The notes below the pieces were generated by a model. That model did no database searches and was not told the origin of the DNA. It saw nothing but the letters and a program-made list of their open reading frames with translations. 36,057 nt of DNA from a virus (Duplodnaviria; Caudoviricetes): IMG/VR virus record IMGVR_UViG_3300032212_000687, positions 1 through 36,057 of that record. One strand, written 5' to 3'. Positions 34,672 through 36,057 of the stretch are shown one piece after another (positions within the stretch are counted from its first letter, which is position 1; the number at the start of each line of letters is the position of its first letter). The position numbers and the translations under genes were made by a program.

Positions 34672-34908
34672 ATGGAGAATGAACCACTATATCTTAGTGC
34701 AACACGCATGGCGAAGCTCATAGGTAGATCCAAAGACTACTTAAAAGAACGCAAGAGCACTGTGTTTAAAGAGGGTGTCCATTACTTCACCCCGGAAGGA
34801 GAAACACAGCCGTTTTGGAAGGTCGCAGCAATGGTTGATTGGGTTGAGAAAAAAGATCCGTCAAACAATCCGATAGCAAATAAAATCTTAGACAAGATAG
34901 CGGGGTAA
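34672..34908 (+). CDS. xis: Excisionase-like protein
   Basis: Winged-HTH with FKEGVHY motif; directly upstream of int. Confidence 0.75.
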   Translation: MENEPLYLSATRMAKLIGRSKDYLKERKSTVFKEGVHYFTPEGETQPFWKVAAMVDWVEKKDPSNNPIANKILDKIAG

Positions 34909-34916
34909 GGTATAAT
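34889..34916 (+). promoter_or_regulatory. Candidate integrase promoter
   Basis: TAGACA-16 bp-TATAAT at the xis/int junction. Confidence 0.5.
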
Positions 34917-36057
34917 GTCAGTTCCGAAAACGAGGAGGCGGAAAGGAAAATTCATCGCCTCAATAGTGAAACGCAGATCAAAACTGCACATTAGATACAA
35001 CGACCCTGACACCGGAAAGCGAATTGAAAAAAGCACAGGCTTAGACGATACGCCAGGCAACAGGAAGTTGATAAAAAACGAGGTGCTTCCAAGGCTTGAA
35101 GCCAAACTTGCTTTGGGGCAACTGGAAGACAAAAAGATTGAAGTAAAACCGTTTGATCATTATTCGGATACTTACCTGAAGTTTCAAAATGGCATTAAGA
35201 CTTATAGCGATATAAGAGCTAAAATCAACAACACTATTTTACCTGAATTCAAAGGTAAGAAGATCAACGAGATAGGCAAAAGTGATGTAAGGTTATTCGC
35301 ATCGAAGCTGCTTAAGACTCGTGAGGTGAAGACGGTTAGAAATATATTAACGGTCCTTCGCGGTGTATTTGAGATGGCAGACGATGTGGTTCTCGACAAC
35401 CCTGCGAAAAATGTAAAGCTTCCAAAGGTTGACAAAGGCGAATCAGATCGTGTTGAGCCGTTCAAGATCGAGGATGTTCAGGTGATATTGGACTCCATAG
35501 ATGATGAGTGGTTTCGAAATTTCGTTGCTATCGGTTTTTATACCGGGATGAGAACAGGTGAGATAATCGGCTTGATGCACAAAGACATTGATTATGAGAA
35601 CAAAGTGATCAAAGTCAGACGAGCAATCGCAAATGGCAAAGTCTCGACAACCAAGACGGCTTCAGGAATAAGAGATGTTCCAATGTTTGACAATATAGTT
35701 TCTTATATAAAAAGTCAGATGAAGATCTCTAACAGCCTGTATCTGTTTACAAGCAGTCGGGGTGACACTTGGTACTCGGCAGACAAGATAAGCAAGGTGA
35801 GATGGAAGAATGCTTTGAAAAAGGCGGGTATTGAATACCGTCAACCGTACAACATGAGACATACCTTTATAACGTCCATGCTAAAAAGCGGTAAGTTTTC
35901 TTTGTTGGAGATTGCAAGGATTGTCGGTCACTCGAATATTGAGATGATCATTAAAAACTATGCTCGATTTATTGAAGGTGAACAACTAAAAATAGACCGA
36001 AGCTTTGACCCTTTTGGTGGACAAAAAGGTGAACAAAAAGGTGAGCATACTCTGTAA
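34915..36057 (+). CDS. int: Tyrosine integrase with N-terminal arm-binding domain
   Basis: TGMRTGE, TKT, YNMRHT, VGH and NYARF catalytic motifs. Confidence 0.96.
   Translation: MSVPKTRRRKGKFIASIVKRRSKLHIRYNDPDTGKRIEKSTGLDDTPGNRKLIKNEVLPRLEAKLALGQLEDKKIEVKPFDHYSDTYLKFQNGIKTYSDIRAKINNTILPEFKGKKINEIGKSDVRLFASKLLKTREVKTVRNILTVLRGVFEMADDVVLDNPAKNVKLPKVDKGESDRVEPFKIEDVQVILDSIDDEWFRNFVAIGFYTGMRTGEIIGLMHKDIDYENKVIKVRRAIANGKVSTTKTASGIRDVPMFDNIVSYIKSQMKISNSLYLFTSSRGDTWYSADKISKVRWKNALKKAGIEYRQPYNMRHTFITSMLKSGKFSLLEIARIVGHSNIEMIIKNYARFIEGEQLKIDRSFDPFGGQKGEQKGEHTL
36016..36047 (+). repeat. 12-bp tandem repeats, candidate Int arm sites
   Basis: GGTGGACAAAAA-GGTGAACAAAAA-GGTGAGCA. Confidence 0.55.

Larger units (their letters stand above)
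1..36057. mobile_element. Temperate HK97/lambda-like siphoviral prophage, near complete, att sites outside window
   Basis: Full module set in lambdoid order: int/xis, recombination, cI/cro/cII, replication, nin, HNH-terS-terL, HK97 head, non-contractile tail, lysis. Confidence 0.97.

Noticed and set aside
32103-35862. Minus-strand ORFs over ssb, accessory genes and int
   Set aside because: Antisense shadows without RBS or recognisable motifs

Overview
A near-complete temperate, cos-type HK97/lambda-like siphovirus prophage of about 36 kb. The window runs from the endolysin stop (pos. 1) to the integrase stop (pos. 36057); no att cores are visible. The SSB sequence and AAGGA-type RBSs suggest a Campylobacterota (Sulfurovum/Sulfurimonas-like) host, which is an inference. 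The minus strand carries cro, cII-like, replication initiator, nin-like genes, HNH, candidate cos, terS/terL, portal, protease, capsid, head-tail, tail and lysis genes. The plus strand carries cI, a Panacea TA pair, a long structured early leader, RecE/RecT/SSB, accessory genes, xis and int. Highlights: (1) a 1040-aa tail-tip protein combining an M14 zinc-peptidase domain with a six-blade Kelch propeller; (2) an unannotated module between terL and portal, with a consensus promoter holding a perfect palindrome, a 24-aa cationic peptide with long-range SD sequestration, a convergent antisense promoter and a small HTH gene (type I TA-like); (3) a ~720-nt non-coding early leader built of tandem long stems with a recurring GAGAGYTTT-like motif and UUGG loops; (4) a secreted PD-(D/E)xK-like protein; (5) a probable ATC start for the integrase. 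Also seen: a programmed -1 frameshift, GTAC-N5-GTAC operators, ori iterons and a nonsense-split HNH gene. All family calls come from motif recognition by eye; no searches were run.
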